Source: Truepera sp. (lineage in GTDB: Bacteria > Deinococcota > Deinococci > Deinococcales > Trueperaceae). From it: a stretch of DNA of 64,000 nt. Numbering within the stretch: the first letter of the stretch is position 1; every line of letters begins with the position of its first letter. Where the stretch lies: positions 3,680,001 through 3,744,000 of the forward strand of contig CBDCKW010000009.1 of assembly GCA_965218435.1 (NCBI GenBank), in the 5' to 3' direction. Below are positions 19,557 through 29,261 of the stretch, in pieces. The position numbers and the translations under genes were made by a program. A model generated the notes under the pieces. That model had not been told where the DNA came from. It worked only from the letters and a program-made list of their open reading frames with translations, and did not search any database.

Positions 19557-20903
19557 TTACGAAGGTGCGCCCTGCCCCTCTTCCCTACGAAGCCGTAAAA
19601 ACCACCACTCGCCGCCAAAAATCAGTACGAGCCCAATCGCCGCGATAGCGAGTACCAACGGGTCGGACTGCGCTTTGACGGCCAAAAACGCTCCTAAAAC
19701 GACCACATCGAGCACGATAGCCGTTACTAACACCCAAGCCCTAGCTTTGACCTCCTGACGCGTATGACGCAGCACGCCCCAGTGGACGGCGATGTCCATG
19801 ACGATGTAAAAAATTGCTCCGAGCGACGCAATCCGGCTGAGGTCGAAAAACACGGTCAGCAGCGTAGCAATCAGAATGGTATAGACGAGCGTATGTGCCT
19901 GCGTGTCACCAGGTAAACTGAAGCTTCGGTACAGCGCGAGGTTCATATCAGTGAGCATGGCGAGCATCCTCGAGACCGCAAACACGCTGGCGATGACGCC
20001 GGAAACGGTGGCAACGATAGCAAAGCCAACTGTCAGCCACAACCCCGCTTGACCGAAGGCGGGTCTCGAGGCCCGCGCGAGCGAGTAGTCCCGCGCCTGC
20101 GTGATCTCTTGAACGCTCAGGTTACCCCCGACCGCCAGCGTCACGAGCAGATAGACCACCACACAGATGCTGATAGACACGACGATAGCGCGGCCCACGT
20201 TTTTGTGCGGCTTTTTGATCTCACCCCCGCTATTGGTAATCGTCGTAAAACCTTTGTAACCGAGCAGCGCCAGCGCCACAGCGCCCAAAAAGCCGCCCGG
20301 ATTCGTCCCAGCAGGACTTACAGACACGCTTTCAAAAGAAAATCCAGCTGCCCACAACCCGCCTCCAGCGAGCAGCAACAAACCGCCAATCTTAACAAAC
20401 GCCATCACAAACGAAAAGCTTTGGATGAACTTATTACTCAAGATGTTGATAAAAAAAGCGAAGATGAGTAAGCTGACGCCCAAAACTGGCACCAACCAGC
20501 TGTTCTTGCCGACGTTAAAGAGCTGCAGCGTATACGTCCCAAAGGTGCGGGCAACGAGGCTTTCGTTAATCACCATCGAAAAATACATCAAGAGCGCACA
20601 CGCGCCCGTGACGACCGTTTTACCGTAAGCTTGTTGCAAGATCATGGCGATACCGCCCGCCGACGGATACGCGTTGGACATCTTGACGTACGAGTAGGCG
20701 CTAAAGGCGGCGACGACTGCCGCAGCCAAGAATGCCAAGGGAAACCAGCTCCCGGCGAGTTCAGCGACTTGCCCGGTCAGGGCGAAGATACCCGCGCCGA
20801 TCATCACGCCGGTTCCCAGCGAAACTGCGCCGAGAAGCGAGAGGCTGTTCTTCTGATAATCTGATGATTGTTGGTCTTTACCTTGTGCCATAGGCTCCCA
20901 CAC
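19557..20903 (-). CDS. APC family amino acid permease
   Basis: GVMIGAGIF in TM1, about 12 TMs. Confidence 0.88.
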   Translation of the reverse strand: MWEPMAQGKDQQSSDYQKNSLSLLGAVSLGTGVMIGAGIFALTGQVAELAGSWFPLAFLAAAVVAAFSAYSYVKMSNAYPSAGGIAMILQQAYGKTVVTGACALLMYFSMVINESLVARTFGTYTLQLFNVGKNSWLVPVLGVSLLIFAFFINILSNKFIQSFSFVMAFVKIGGLLLLAGGGLWAAGFSFESVSVSPAGTNPGGFLGAVALALLGYKGFTTITNSGGEIKKPHKNVGRAIVVSISICVVVYLLVTLAVGGNLSVQEITQARDYSLARASRPAFGQAGLWLTVGFAIVATVSGVIASVFAVSRMLAMLTDMNLALYRSFSLPGDTQAHTLVYTILIATLLTVFFDLSRIASLGAIFYIVMDIAVHWGVLRHTRQEVKARAWVLVTAIVLDVVVLGAFLAVKAQSDPLVLAIAAIGLVLIFGGEWWFLRLRREEGQGAPS

Positions 20904-21005
20904 GAATACGTTTCGTTTGCGTCGGTGTAATTTTCTAGCAAGCCGTGTTGCTGAGCTTATGTGAAATGCCCTCTACGGTGCCCACGGCTTTCCGGCTCGA
21001 GCCCA

Positions 21006-23519
21006 TTAAGCAGCGGCAGCTCGAGGTTCGGCAGGACGCGCCGCTCTAGGTGTCGCCCCTAGCGGCGGTCTAAACCTACGTAACCGCAGCGCGTTGGTGA
21101 GGACGAAGGCGCTCGAGACCGCCATCGCCGCCGCCGCGAAGATGGGCGAGAGCAACACGCCGAACGCCGGAAAGAGCGCCCCGGCAGCTATAGGAATCAA
21201 GATAATGTTGTAAAAAAACGCCCAGAAGAGGTTTTGCTTGATGTTAGTGATTGTACGTTTCGATAACGCCAGAGCGTTGGGAATCCCACGCAAGTCGCCC
21301 GCCATCAGCACCACGTCGGCGGACTCGGTAGCAATATCCGTCCCCGTCCCGATGGCTAACCCGACGTCAGCTTGGGCCAAAGCGGGCGCGTCGTTGATGC
21401 CGTCACCGACGAACGCAACGCGGCCTTCACGTTGCAGAGCTTTTACGGCGTCGGCTTTGCCACCTGGGAGCACCTCAGCCAACACCTCGTCAATGCCTAG
21501 CTGATGGGCGATAGCGTCAGCCGTGCGCACGTTGTCGCCGGTCATCATAATGACGCGTAGACCCAAGTGGTGCAGGGTTTGAACGGCTTCCAGAGAGGAG
21601 GCTTTAAGCGGGTCGGCCACTGCAATAACCGCAGCCAGCTGTCCGTCTACGGCAGCGTAGAGCGGCGATTTGCCCTCGTCGGCCAGGCGCTCCGTCTCAC
21701 TCGAGGCGGGCCGCTCGAGTCCCAACCGGGTCAGGTAACGCTCAGCGCCGATCTGTACGAGTTGGCCCTCAACCCTGGCCTCGACCCCGTAACCGGGCAC
21801 GGCGTTAAAAGCGTCCGCACCAGGCAAGGTGAGCCCGCCCGCCTTCGCGGACTGCACGATAGCGTCCGCGATGGGATGCTCCGAGTTCTGCTCTACCGCG
21901 GCAACGAGTCTTAACAGCTCACGCTTGTCAAAACCGGGTTGGACGATAAAGTCGGTCAGTTCAGGTTGGCCCCGCGTCAGCGTTCCCGTTTTATCGAGCA
22001 TCACGACCTGAGTTTCTTGCAGACGTTGCAACGCGCCCCCGTTACGAAACAAGATACCCAGCTCAGCGGCTTTACCGGTCCCGACCATGATTGACGTCGG
22101 CGTCGCCAGCCCCATCGCACACGGGCAGGCGATAATCAGCACTGCAACCGCGTTGACAAGCGCAAAACTCAGCGCGGGTTGGGGGCCGAACGCCAGCCAG
22201 AGCCCGAACGTAAGCATGGCAATCCCAATGACGACCGGTACGAACACACTGACTACGCGGTCGGCGAGGGCTTGAATCGGAACTTTCGAGCCCTGCGCGT
22301 CTTCAACCATTTTGACGATCTGCGCGAGTACGGTGTCAGCGCCCACTTTGGTCGCCGTAAAACGGAACGAGCCGGTTTTATTGAGCGTGCCGCCGACCAC
22401 CTCGTCGCCTTCGCCCTTTTGTACCGGGAGCGGTTCACCGGTCATCATCGAAGCGTCAACGAATGAGGAACCGGAGAGCACCAGCCCATCAACCGGAATC
22501 TTTTCACCGGGGCGTATCAGCACGGTGTCCCCCGGTACTACTTCGTCAAGGGGCAGCTCGAGCCGTTCCCCGCCCCTTTCAACTCGAGCGGTTTTGGGTT
22601 GCAAGTTCAGCAGTTTCTTGATCGCTTCACCGGTGCGGCCTTTGGCATGGGCCTCGAGGTATTTACCCAGCAAGATCAGTGTGACAATTGCCGCCGACGC
22701 TTCAAAGTAGACGTGAACTGTCCCGGCAGGCAAGAGCCGCGGTAAAAACGTCGCCACAACCGAGTAGCCGTACGCCGCCGATGTGCCCAGCATTACCAGC
22801 GTGTTCATATCCGGGGACCCGTGCCGGAGGGCGGGCCAGCCCGAGCGGTAAAAACGCCGACCGGGACCGAACTGCACGGCCGTTGCCAAGATAAAAGAAA
22901 CGTAAAATACTGTCTGTGCCGGGACAAAGCCGTTTAGCTGAGCTCCCAAGCCGGGAACAAGCATCGGCAGCATGGCGAGTAAAATTAGCGGCACCGCAAA
23001 AACCGCTGCGACGATCAAGCTGGTTTTAAGCTTACGAAGTTCACCTTCATGTACTTCGCCCTCGGTGTCGGCGTGGTCTTTGCCGGGAGTCTCTTCGCGG
23101 ACGCCGTAGCCAGCCTGACGAACCGCCGCTTTGAGTCCTCCCGGACTCACCTCGTCCGGTAAGTAAGTTACCGTTGCCTTTTCGGTCGCTAAGTTGACCG
23201 ACGCGTCTACTACGCCGCCCGTTTTTTTAAGTGCCCGCTCGACGCGGCCGACACAGCTCGCGCAGGTCATCCCCTCGACGCTGAGGCTGGTCTGCGCTGT
23301 AACCGGCGTGTACCCGCGTTCTTTTATGGCCTCGAGTAGCGCCGGAACCCCGACCTTTTGCGGATCGAAGGTGACGCTGGCTTTTTCGGTTGCCAGATTG
23401 ACCGACGCTTCTTCTACGCCGTCAACTCTGCCGAGCGCACGTTCAACCCGGGCCACACATGACGCGCAGGTTATACCCCGAACACCTACGCTCAGTTGGC
23501 GCTGCGCAACTTCACTCAT
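21006..23519 (-). CDS. copA: Copper-translocating P1B-type ATPase
   Basis: Two HMA domains (TCASC), [21 protein letters not shown] and YN motifs. Confidence 0.95.
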   Translation of the reverse strand: MSEVAQRQLSVGVRGITCASCVARVERALGRVDGVEEASVNLATEKASVTFDPQKVGVPALLEAIKERGYTPVTAQTSLSVEGMTCASCVGRVERALKKTGGVVDASVNLATEKATVTYLPDEVSPGGLKAAVRQAGYGVREETPGKDHADTEGEVHEGELRKLKTSLIVAAVFAVPLILLAMLPMLVPGLGAQLNGFVPAQTVFYVSFILATAVQFGPGRRFYRSGWPALRHGSPDMNTLVMLGTSAAYGYSVVATFLPRLLPAGTVHVYFEASAAIVTLILLGKYLEAHAKGRTGEAIKKLLNLQPKTARVERGGERLELPLDEVVPGDTVLIRPGEKIPVDGLVLSGSSFVDASMMTGEPLPVQKGEGDEVVGGTLNKTGSFRFTATKVGADTVLAQIVKMVEDAQGSKVPIQALADRVVSVFVPVVIGIAMLTFGLWLAFGPQPALSFALVNAVAVLIIACPCAMGLATPTSIMVGTGKAAELGILFRNGGALQRLQETQVVMLDKTGTLTRGQPELTDFIVQPGFDKRELLRLVAAVEQNSEHPIADAIVQSAKAGGLTLPGADAFNAVPGYGVEARVEGQLVQIGAERYLTRLGLERPASSETERLADEGKSPLYAAVDGQLAAVIAVADPLKASSLEAVQTLHHLGLRVIMMTGDNVRTADAIAHQLGIDEVLAEVLPGGKADAVKALQREGRVAFVGDGINDAPALAQADVGLAIGTGTDIATESADVVLMAGDLRGIPNALALSKRTITNIKQNLFWAFFYNIILIPIAAGALFPAFGVLLSPIFAAAAMAVSSAFVLTNALRLRRFRPPLGATPRAARPAEPRAAAA

Positions 23520-23560
23520 AGTTGGTCTCCTAAGCCCTCGCTCGAGCTATCCTTAGCCGA

Positions 23561-23588
23561 CGTTATCACCCCACCCCGGGTGGGTCAA
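23561..23588 (-). promoter_or_regulatory. copA promoter with CsoR-type GC-rich operator
   Basis: TTGACC-17 bp-TAACGT on the minus strand overlapping palindrome CCCACCCcGGGTGGG (23570-23584). Confidence 0.6.
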
Positions 23589-23762
23589 GCAAAAGCTATA
23601 CAAACTCTACCGATAGACCGGGCGTCTATAGCTTGGGCGCACTACCCTACTCGGGGCAACACGCAACCTTGCTAAACTTATGGCGCACTACGTGTATCTC
23701 GCTCCGTTAACCAAACTCACTAACAGCTCCCGGAGGGCAGCCGTAGAAGCAGGAGGAAATCC

Positions 23763-24110
23763 GTGTCAGACCTAACAAACGACCTAGCAGACGATCTAAA
23801 TGACGTGGATAACGTCACAGCAGTAGCCCCGGAGTGTTTGCACCTTGACCCGGAAACCCGGAAAACTGCCATATTGCGGCTGAAAAGTGCCAAGGGACAC
23901 CTCGAGGGTATCTTGCGGATGTTAGATAACCCGGAGGTCTACTGTGTTGACGTGATGAAACAGCTGAGCGCCGTCCAGGGCGCACTGACCAAAGTCAACG
24001 ACAAGGTGTTGCGTGCGCATATCAGAGACCACGTGGCCACCGCCGTATTGCGCGGCGACACGGAGCACATCGTTGCCGAGCTGATGGAGGCGCTGAAATA
24101 TAAAGGCTGA
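23763..24110 (+). CDS. csoR: CsoR family metal-sensing repressor
   Basis: RLKSAKGHLEGILRM..YCVDVMKQLSAV..HIRDH, divergent from copA. Confidence 0.88.
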   Translation: MSDLTNDLADDLNDVDNVTAVAPECLHLDPETRKTAILRLKSAKGHLEGILRMLDNPEVYCVDVMKQLSAVQGALTKVNDKVLRAHIRDHVATAVLRGDTEHIVAELMEALKYKG

Positions 24111-24195
24111 CAAACTGTAGGGCTCGCCGTACTCAGCCGTAAACCGAGTGTCCTTTTTTTAACTCCGGCAGCTCTAGCTCGCAATCTTTTAGAAC

Positions 24196-24262
24196 TTTCA
24201 GTATTGACTAAAAGCTTAAAAGAGACTATATTTGCCAAAAGAGGTTTCAGTTATTTCTAAAC
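24196..24262 (+). promoter_or_regulatory. Operon promoter with two putative autorepressor sites
   Basis: TTGACT(24204)-17-TATATT(24227). Imperfect dyads TTTCAG-N6-CTAAA at 24196-24213 and 24245-24262. Confidence 0.6.
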
Positions 24263-24276
24263 ATACAGAAAAACAG

Positions 24277-24720
24277 ATGTATCTCGAGGAACTGGGAATG
24301 GCCCTAGAGGGTTTGGGAATGCCCCGTATCGCTGGCCGGGTACTGAGTGCGCTGCTGGTAGCCGACCCCCCGGAGCAAACCGCCGAACAACTCTCAAAAA
24401 CGCTCCAGGCGAGCCGGGGAGCCGTCAGCGGCGGTACGACGATGCTTACAACGATGGGCCTGATTGAACGCCGCCGCCGACCGGGAGACCGTAAAGATTA
24501 CTTCTGCAACCGACCCAACGCCTGGTTCGAGGCGACCAAGCGGCAAGTCACCCTGATCGCGCAGCTCAGGCAGTTATCCGAAAAGGGGCTCGAGGTTCTG
24601 GGGAGTGACGACCCCGAAGTCACCAAAGGTTTGCGCGACATGCGCGACATGCTCACCTTTTACGAACGCGAACTGCCGGATATCTTCGCCCGCTGGGAGG
24701 AGAAAACCAGAAAGGAATAA
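24277..24720 (+). CDS. GbsR/MarR family transcriptional regulator
   Basis: GMPRIAGRV, LQASRGAVS and PGDRKDYF. Start may be ATT at 24253 (after AGAGG) rather than ATG 24277. Confidence 0.85.
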   Translation: MYLEELGMALEGLGMPRIAGRVLSALLVADPPEQTAEQLSKTLQASRGAVSGGTTMLTTMGLIERRRRPGDRKDYFCNRPNAWFEATKRQVTLIAQLRQLSEKGLEVLGSDDPEVTKGLRDMRDMLTFYERELPDIFARWEEKTRKE

Positions 24721-24722
24721 GG

Positions 24723-25949
24723 ATGAACACCTCAATCTCTAAACTCGCGTGGCGTAATTTGTGGCGGCACAAACGCCGCACGCAGCTCTTACTCGCTGTA
24801 GTGGCTTACGCAACGGTTGCTATCATCTTTTTTTGGGGTTTTTACGACGGCTTTGTCAATGTCCTGCTAGGCGGTCAAGCGCGTTACCTGAGCGCCCCGG
24901 TGATGGTGCAAACAGAGGCGTATCGTACCGACCCCGACCCGGAAAACCGGTTGCCGACGCTGAACTTCGACGATAAGCTCACTCAGATTGACGGGGTACG
25001 CGGCGCTGCGCCGAGGCTCGAGTTTCAAGCCCTGCTGCGCTCCCCGTACCGGACGCTCGGCGCTCAGGTACGCGGCGTCAATCCGGCGTTAGAAGGGCAA
25101 GTCAGCGATATTCCCGGCACCATCGGTGAGGGTCGGATGATCCAAAATTCGGGCGAACTCGTCCTCGGCAAAACGCTCGCTGAAGACCTCGACGTGCGTG
25201 TCGGTGAAAGGCTGGCTTTAGACGTGCAGTCACTGGCGGGTGCTCAGGGTACAGGCTTAAGGGTTGTCGGGCTGATTGACAGCAACATTGACCCCGTAGA
25301 CGAAGGCGTGGTGCTCGTTCACCTAGACGACGCACGGGCGCTCACAGGGGTTAAAACAGCGACGGGCGTCGCGCTAGACGTGCAGCAAGGCAGTGAAGAC
25401 GCCGTAGCCGAGGCGGTCAATAGTGCAGCCGTTTTACCTGTAGGCGTAGAGGCGTATCCCATTAAAGCCCTTTTGGGCGGTCTCATGGCAGGTATCGAAG
25501 GCAAACGCAGCTCGATGGTCCCCATTGTGCTGATCTTTGCGCTTTTCGCGGCTGTCACGGTGATGAGTACGGTGATCGTCAGCGTGATTGAACGTACCAG
25601 AGAGTTTGGAGTGATGACCTCGCTCGGGCTGAGCCAAAACCAACTTGCGCGGATGGTGACGCTCGAGGCCGTCTACACCACCCTGATCGGCTTTGTTGTC
25701 GGTGCTGCGCTGGGTTTCGGCCTCAACGCGCTCTTATCCATAACCAACCTGATGGGACCCTTTATCAAAACCTTTTACGGCAACTATCTGCAAGGTCTGG
25801 CGCTCAGCGACACCTTTGTCCTGGCAGCGAGCCTGAGTTACCTCGGCTGGGCCGCTGTGACCATCTTGTTTGCCGCTGTCTTAGCCGTGACCGTCCCCGG
25901 CAAACGCGTCCGCAACCTCAACTCTGCCGAGGCGATGCGGGCGAACTAA
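24723..25949 (+). CDS. ABC transporter permease, FtsX/LolC-E family
   Basis: LAWRNLWR, periplasmic domain, ERTREFG and AEAMR C-terminus. Confidence 0.9.
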   Translation: MNTSISKLAWRNLWRHKRRTQLLLAVVAYATVAIIFFWGFYDGFVNVLLGGQARYLSAPVMVQTEAYRTDPDPENRLPTLNFDDKLTQIDGVRGAAPRLEFQALLRSPYRTLGAQVRGVNPALEGQVSDIPGTIGEGRMIQNSGELVLGKTLAEDLDVRVGERLALDVQSLAGAQGTGLRVVGLIDSNIDPVDEGVVLVHLDDARALTGVKTATGVALDVQQGSEDAVAEAVNSAAVLPVGVEAYPIKALLGGLMAGIEGKRSSMVPIVLIFALFAAVTVMSTVIVSVIERTREFGVMTSLGLSQNQLARMVTLEAVYTTLIGFVVGAALGFGLNALLSITNLMGPFIKTFYGNYLQGLALSDTFVLAASLSYLGWAAVTILFAAVLAVTVPGKRVRNLNSAEAMRAN

Positions 25950-26000
25950 CAGAAGTCAGAAATCAGCATAGCGTCTCTGCTGATGACCGACTACTGACCA
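25950..26000. repeat. Heptamer-period inverted repeat array (empty site)
   Basis: CAGAAGT CAGAAAT CAGCATA .. CTGATGA CCGACTA CTGACCA. Confidence 0.75.
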
Positions 26001-26019
26001 CCCTCATCAAGGAGAAACC

Positions 26020-26757
26020 ATGAAGCTTAGTTACCTACTACTTACCTTCTTTCTTTCGCTCAGCTTTGCCGGTGCCCAAGATGCAGCGAGCATCCTAGAC
26101 ACCATCACCAATAACCTACGCGGCGAGTCGCAAGCTGCGACCCTAAACATGCAGGTGATCCGCCCGGACAAAGAAGATACCTACACGATGCGGATTTACA
26201 GCGAAGGTGAATCGAAAGGTCTGACCCGCGTCATCGCCCCGCCCCGCGACGCTGGCCAAGCGTTCCTAAACGATGGCGATAACGTCTTTATCTATAACCC
26301 CCGTCTGCGCCGCGTGCTGCGGCTGCCGCCGAGCGGTCAAAGCGATTCGTTTTTAGGTTCGGACATCTCGTACGACGACCTCGCCGGAGACGATTTACAA
26401 GAGAACTACTCGGCGAAGATTTTAGAAGAGACGGATAGTAGCGTGACGCTCGAGCTAACGCCCAACCCAAACGCCCCGACGCCCTACGGCAAAGTTCACC
26501 TGACTGCTGAGAAGCCCTCATACGCGCCCACTCAAATCACCTACTTCGACCAGCGCAACACGGCGGTTAAAGAGAATATCTTGTCGGACTACGCCGAGGT
26601 AGACGGGCGCTACATCCCGCAACAGTTTGAAGTCAAAGACTTGCTTACTGAAGGCAACATGACCGTTGTCACCTGGCAAGACGCGGAGTTCGGCGTTTCT
26701 ATTCCTGAGTCATGCTTTAGCCAAAACGCCTTAGAGCGTGAAGGAGCCTGCGAATGA
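26020..26757 (+). CDS. Outer membrane lipoprotein-sorting (LolA-like) protein
   Basis: Signal peptide, PPRDAG..L, IYNPRLRRVLRL and SFLGSDISYDDL. Confidence 0.85.
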   Translation: MKLSYLLLTFFLSLSFAGAQDAASILDTITNNLRGESQAATLNMQVIRPDKEDTYTMRIYSEGESKGLTRVIAPPRDAGQAFLNDGDNVFIYNPRLRRVLRLPPSGQSDSFLGSDISYDDLAGDDLQENYSAKILEETDSSVTLELTPNPNAPTPYGKVHLTAEKPSYAPTQITYFDQRNTAVKENILSDYAEVDGRYIPQQFEVKDLLTEGNMTVVTWQDAEFGVSIPESCFSQNALEREGACE

Positions 26758-27983
26758 TCGCTTTAGCTTGGCGCAACCTCTGGCGGCAGGGGCGGCGCAG
26801 CCTGATTTCACTGTTGGCGGTGGCTCTCGTGGTGCTCTTCGCCACCGTGATGTACAGCTTAGGCGGCGCGCTGACCAACGGGATGTACGGCGACTTGACC
26901 GCTGAGGTGGGCAACGCCCAGATTCGTCCTGAAGGTTACCGCGACGCCCGTAACTTTGACGATGGACTCTTAAAGGATGCCGCCGAGCTTAGGAAGACGG
27001 TTGCACAGACCGCGCCGGACGCCGTAGTCGTGGGTGCGTTACAAGTTCCCGGTCTCGTTGCGGGGGAAACCCGCTCGCGTGGGCTGGCCGTTCAGGGACA
27101 AGATTGGCCGGAACTGTTAAAAAAAGATTTTGTCAATGACCACCTTGCTAAGGGCAGCTTTGTTGAGGGCGATAACGTCACCGGCATTATGCTCGGGCAA
27201 TCTCTGGCTACAGCACTCAAAGTCGGCTTGGGCGATGATGTGTACGTCTATGCCCCCGGCACCGACGGGTACGGCGCAGCAGCTTATACGGTTGAAGGTT
27301 TGCTAGACTTTGACGATCCGAATCAAGAGATCAACGCGGCTTACTTGTCTCTCCCGGCGGCACAAGAACTTGCAGCACCGGATGGGTTGTCGAGGCTCGA
27401 GTTGCACTTCCCCGACATCAATACCTTAGATCAAGACAGTCAGGCGGTAGGCGAACTGACCCAGCTTAGAAACGCACTGCCGCAAGGGGCTGTTGTCGAA
27501 ACCTGGCGGCAACTCGATCCGAGTCTCGCCACACTGGTCAACTTCTTTACGCCCGTTTTAGTCGTGATGTCGTTGATTTTTTTCGTGCTGGCAGGTCTGC
27601 TCGTTCTCAACACGGTTTACCTGAGCACCTTGGAGCGTGTCCGCGAGTTCGGTGTGATTATCAGTTTGGGCGCACGCGGACGGCAGATCATGGGTATGGT
27701 CACCTTAGAAAGTGTCTTGCTGTGTATGACCGGTGCTGCCCTCGGTCTGGCACTTGGTTTGGGCTTTGTGGCGCTCGGTAGAAACGGTTTGACCTTACCC
27801 GGTTACACCGAAGAAATGCTCGCCGAGGTCGGCTTACCCAACGTCCTTTACCTCTCGGTTGACCCGTGGCAAATCTTGCTCGCTGTAGGCTTCGCCGTGT
27901 TGACCGCCTTTTTTGCGGCGCTCGGCCCCGCGCGAATGGCGGCCAACATCGAACCTGCCGAGGCGATGCGGTATACGGCTTGA
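26754..27983 (+). CDS. ABC transporter permease, FtsX/LolC-E family
   Basis: LAWRNLWR, ERVREFG and PAEAMR. ATGA overlap with the upstream gene. Confidence 0.9.
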   Translation: MIALAWRNLWRQGRRSLISLLAVALVVLFATVMYSLGGALTNGMYGDLTAEVGNAQIRPEGYRDARNFDDGLLKDAAELRKTVAQTAPDAVVVGALQVPGLVAGETRSRGLAVQGQDWPELLKKDFVNDHLAKGSFVEGDNVTGIMLGQSLATALKVGLGDDVYVYAPGTDGYGAAAYTVEGLLDFDDPNQEINAAYLSLPAAQELAAPDGLSRLELHFPDINTLDQDSQAVGELTQLRNALPQGAVVETWRQLDPSLATLVNFFTPVLVVMSLIFFVLAGLLVLNTVYLSTLERVREFGVIISLGARGRQIMGMVTLESVLLCMTGAALGLALGLGFVALGRNGLTLPGYTEEMLAEVGLPNVLYLSVDPWQILLAVGFAVLTAFFAALGPARMAANIEPAEAMRYTA

Positions 27984-27987
27984 CAAG

Positions 27988-28034
27988 CAGGAATCAGTAG
28001 TCAGCATTCGGTAGTAGGCTCAGCTATCAGGAGT
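27988..28034 (+). repeat. Heptamer array, left arm flanking the four-helix-bundle gene
   Basis: CAGGAAT CAGTAGT CAGCATT CGGTAGT aggct CAGCTAT CAGGAGT. Confidence 0.8.
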
Positions 28035-28075
28035 CAAGAGAAAAGTAATTATTGGCAATCGGCGGAAAGGTGGAA

Positions 28076-28441
28076 ATGATAGGACCGGCTAAAGTATTCA
28101 CGGATTTGGTCGTGTGGCAGAAGGCTCACGCCTTTGTGCTGGCTGTTTACCAACACACCGATGGTTTCCCCAGACAGGAAATCTACGGTCTAACTTCGCA
28201 GTTTCGGCGGGCTGCCGTTTCAGTTCCAGCGAACATCGCTGAGGGGTTTAGAAAACGGGGCAAGGCAGATAAAGCGCGTTATTACAACATCGCCCAAGGT
28301 TCGCTCGAGGAGTGCCGCTACTATCTCATTTTGAGTAGAGATTTAGGTTACGGCGACACCGATGACCTTACGCCCCACCTGGTCGAAACCAGCAAGCTAC
28401 TCGACGCTTTTATCAAATCTCTACTGAATTCTGAACGCTGA
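28076..28441 (+). CDS. Four helix bundle protein (23S rRNA IVS protein/Avd-like family)
   Basis: FTDLVVWQKAH, FPRQEIYGLTSQFRRAAVSVPANIAEG and IAQGSLEECRYYL. Confidence 0.92.
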   Translation: MIGPAKVFTDLVVWQKAHAFVLAVYQHTDGFPRQEIYGLTSQFRRAAVSVPANIAEGFRKRGKADKARYYNIAQGSLEECRYYLILSRDLGYGDTDDLTPHLVETSKLLDAFIKSLLNSER

Positions 28442-28452
28442 CTACTGACTAC
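28421..28452 (-). repeat. Heptamer array, right arm overlapping the four-helix-bundle stop codon
   Basis: cta CTGAATT CTGAACG CTGACTA CTGACTA c, complementary to the left arm. Confidence 0.8.
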
Positions 28453-28479
28453 ACGTAACTCTCGAAAAAGGAGAAACCT

Positions 28480-29178
28480 ATGTCTTTATTTACCGTAAAA
28501 AATCTGACCAAGACCTATCAAATCGGTGAGGTCAAAACGGACGCCTTACGGGGAGTTGACCTCAGGGTTGATAAGGGCGAGTTTACCGCTATCGCCGGGC
28601 CTTCGGGAAGCGGTAAAAGTACGCTGCTGCACCTCATGGGCGGCCTCGACCAACCCACCTCGGGCGAAGTTTATCTGAACGACAAGCGGATTGACCAGCT
28701 CAGTAAACAAGAGAGTGCGGCCTTGAGGCTCGAGCATCTCGGCTTCGTCTTTCAGGCGTATAACCTGATTCCGGTCCTGACAGCTTTGGAAAATGCGGCG
28801 TTTGTTTTAGAGCTCCGGGGTGTAGCTAAGAAAAAGCGTGAAGCTCGAGCCTTAGCGTCTCTTAAAGCTTTGGGGATAGCAGAGTTCGCCGACCGTAAAC
28901 CTAATCAGCTTTCAGGCGGACAGCAGCAGCGTGTCGCCGTGGCAAGAGCCTTCGCCGCCGAACCCGACATCATCTTGGCGGACGAACCTACAGCAAACCT
29001 CGACAGCAAATCGGGCGGTGACCTGATCGAACTGATGAAACGCCTGAACCGTGAGCAGGGCGTGACCTTCGTTTTTTCCACACACGACCCAAGACTTTTG
29101 GAACACGTCACGCGCACGGTTGAGATGGAAGACGGGCGCATTGTCGATACGGACAAGCTCGAGCCCGTCCTCGCCTAA
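28480..29178 (+). CDS. ABC transporter ATP-binding protein (LolD/MacB-like)
   Basis: GPSGSGKST, LSGGQQQRV and ILADEPTANLD. Confidence 0.95.
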   Translation: MSLFTVKNLTKTYQIGEVKTDALRGVDLRVDKGEFTAIAGPSGSGKSTLLHLMGGLDQPTSGEVYLNDKRIDQLSKQESAALRLEHLGFVFQAYNLIPVLTALENAAFVLELRGVAKKKREARALASLKALGIAEFADRKPNQLSGGQQQRVAVARAFAAEPDIILADEPTANLDSKSGGDLIELMKRLNREQGVTFVFSTHDPRLLEHVTRTVEMEDGRIVDTDKLEPVLA

Positions 29179-29184
29179 AAGAAT

Positions 29185-29258
29185 GAGAAGTCAGAATACA
29201 GGAGTCGGTAGTCAGCAGATTCATCCTAACTACTCGACTACTGAGCACTGACAACTAA
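29185..29258. repeat. Heptamer-period inverted repeat array (empty site)
   Basis: GAGAAGT CAGAATA CAGGAGT CGGTAGT CAGCAGA .. CTAACTA CTCGACTA CTGAGCA CTGACAA. Confidence 0.8.
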
Positions 29259-29261
29259 GAC

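Noticed and set aside
28076..28441. Four-helix-bundle gene as part of a DGR or a 23S rRNA intervening sequence
   Set aside because: No reverse transcriptase, TR/VR pair or rRNA sequence is present in the window.
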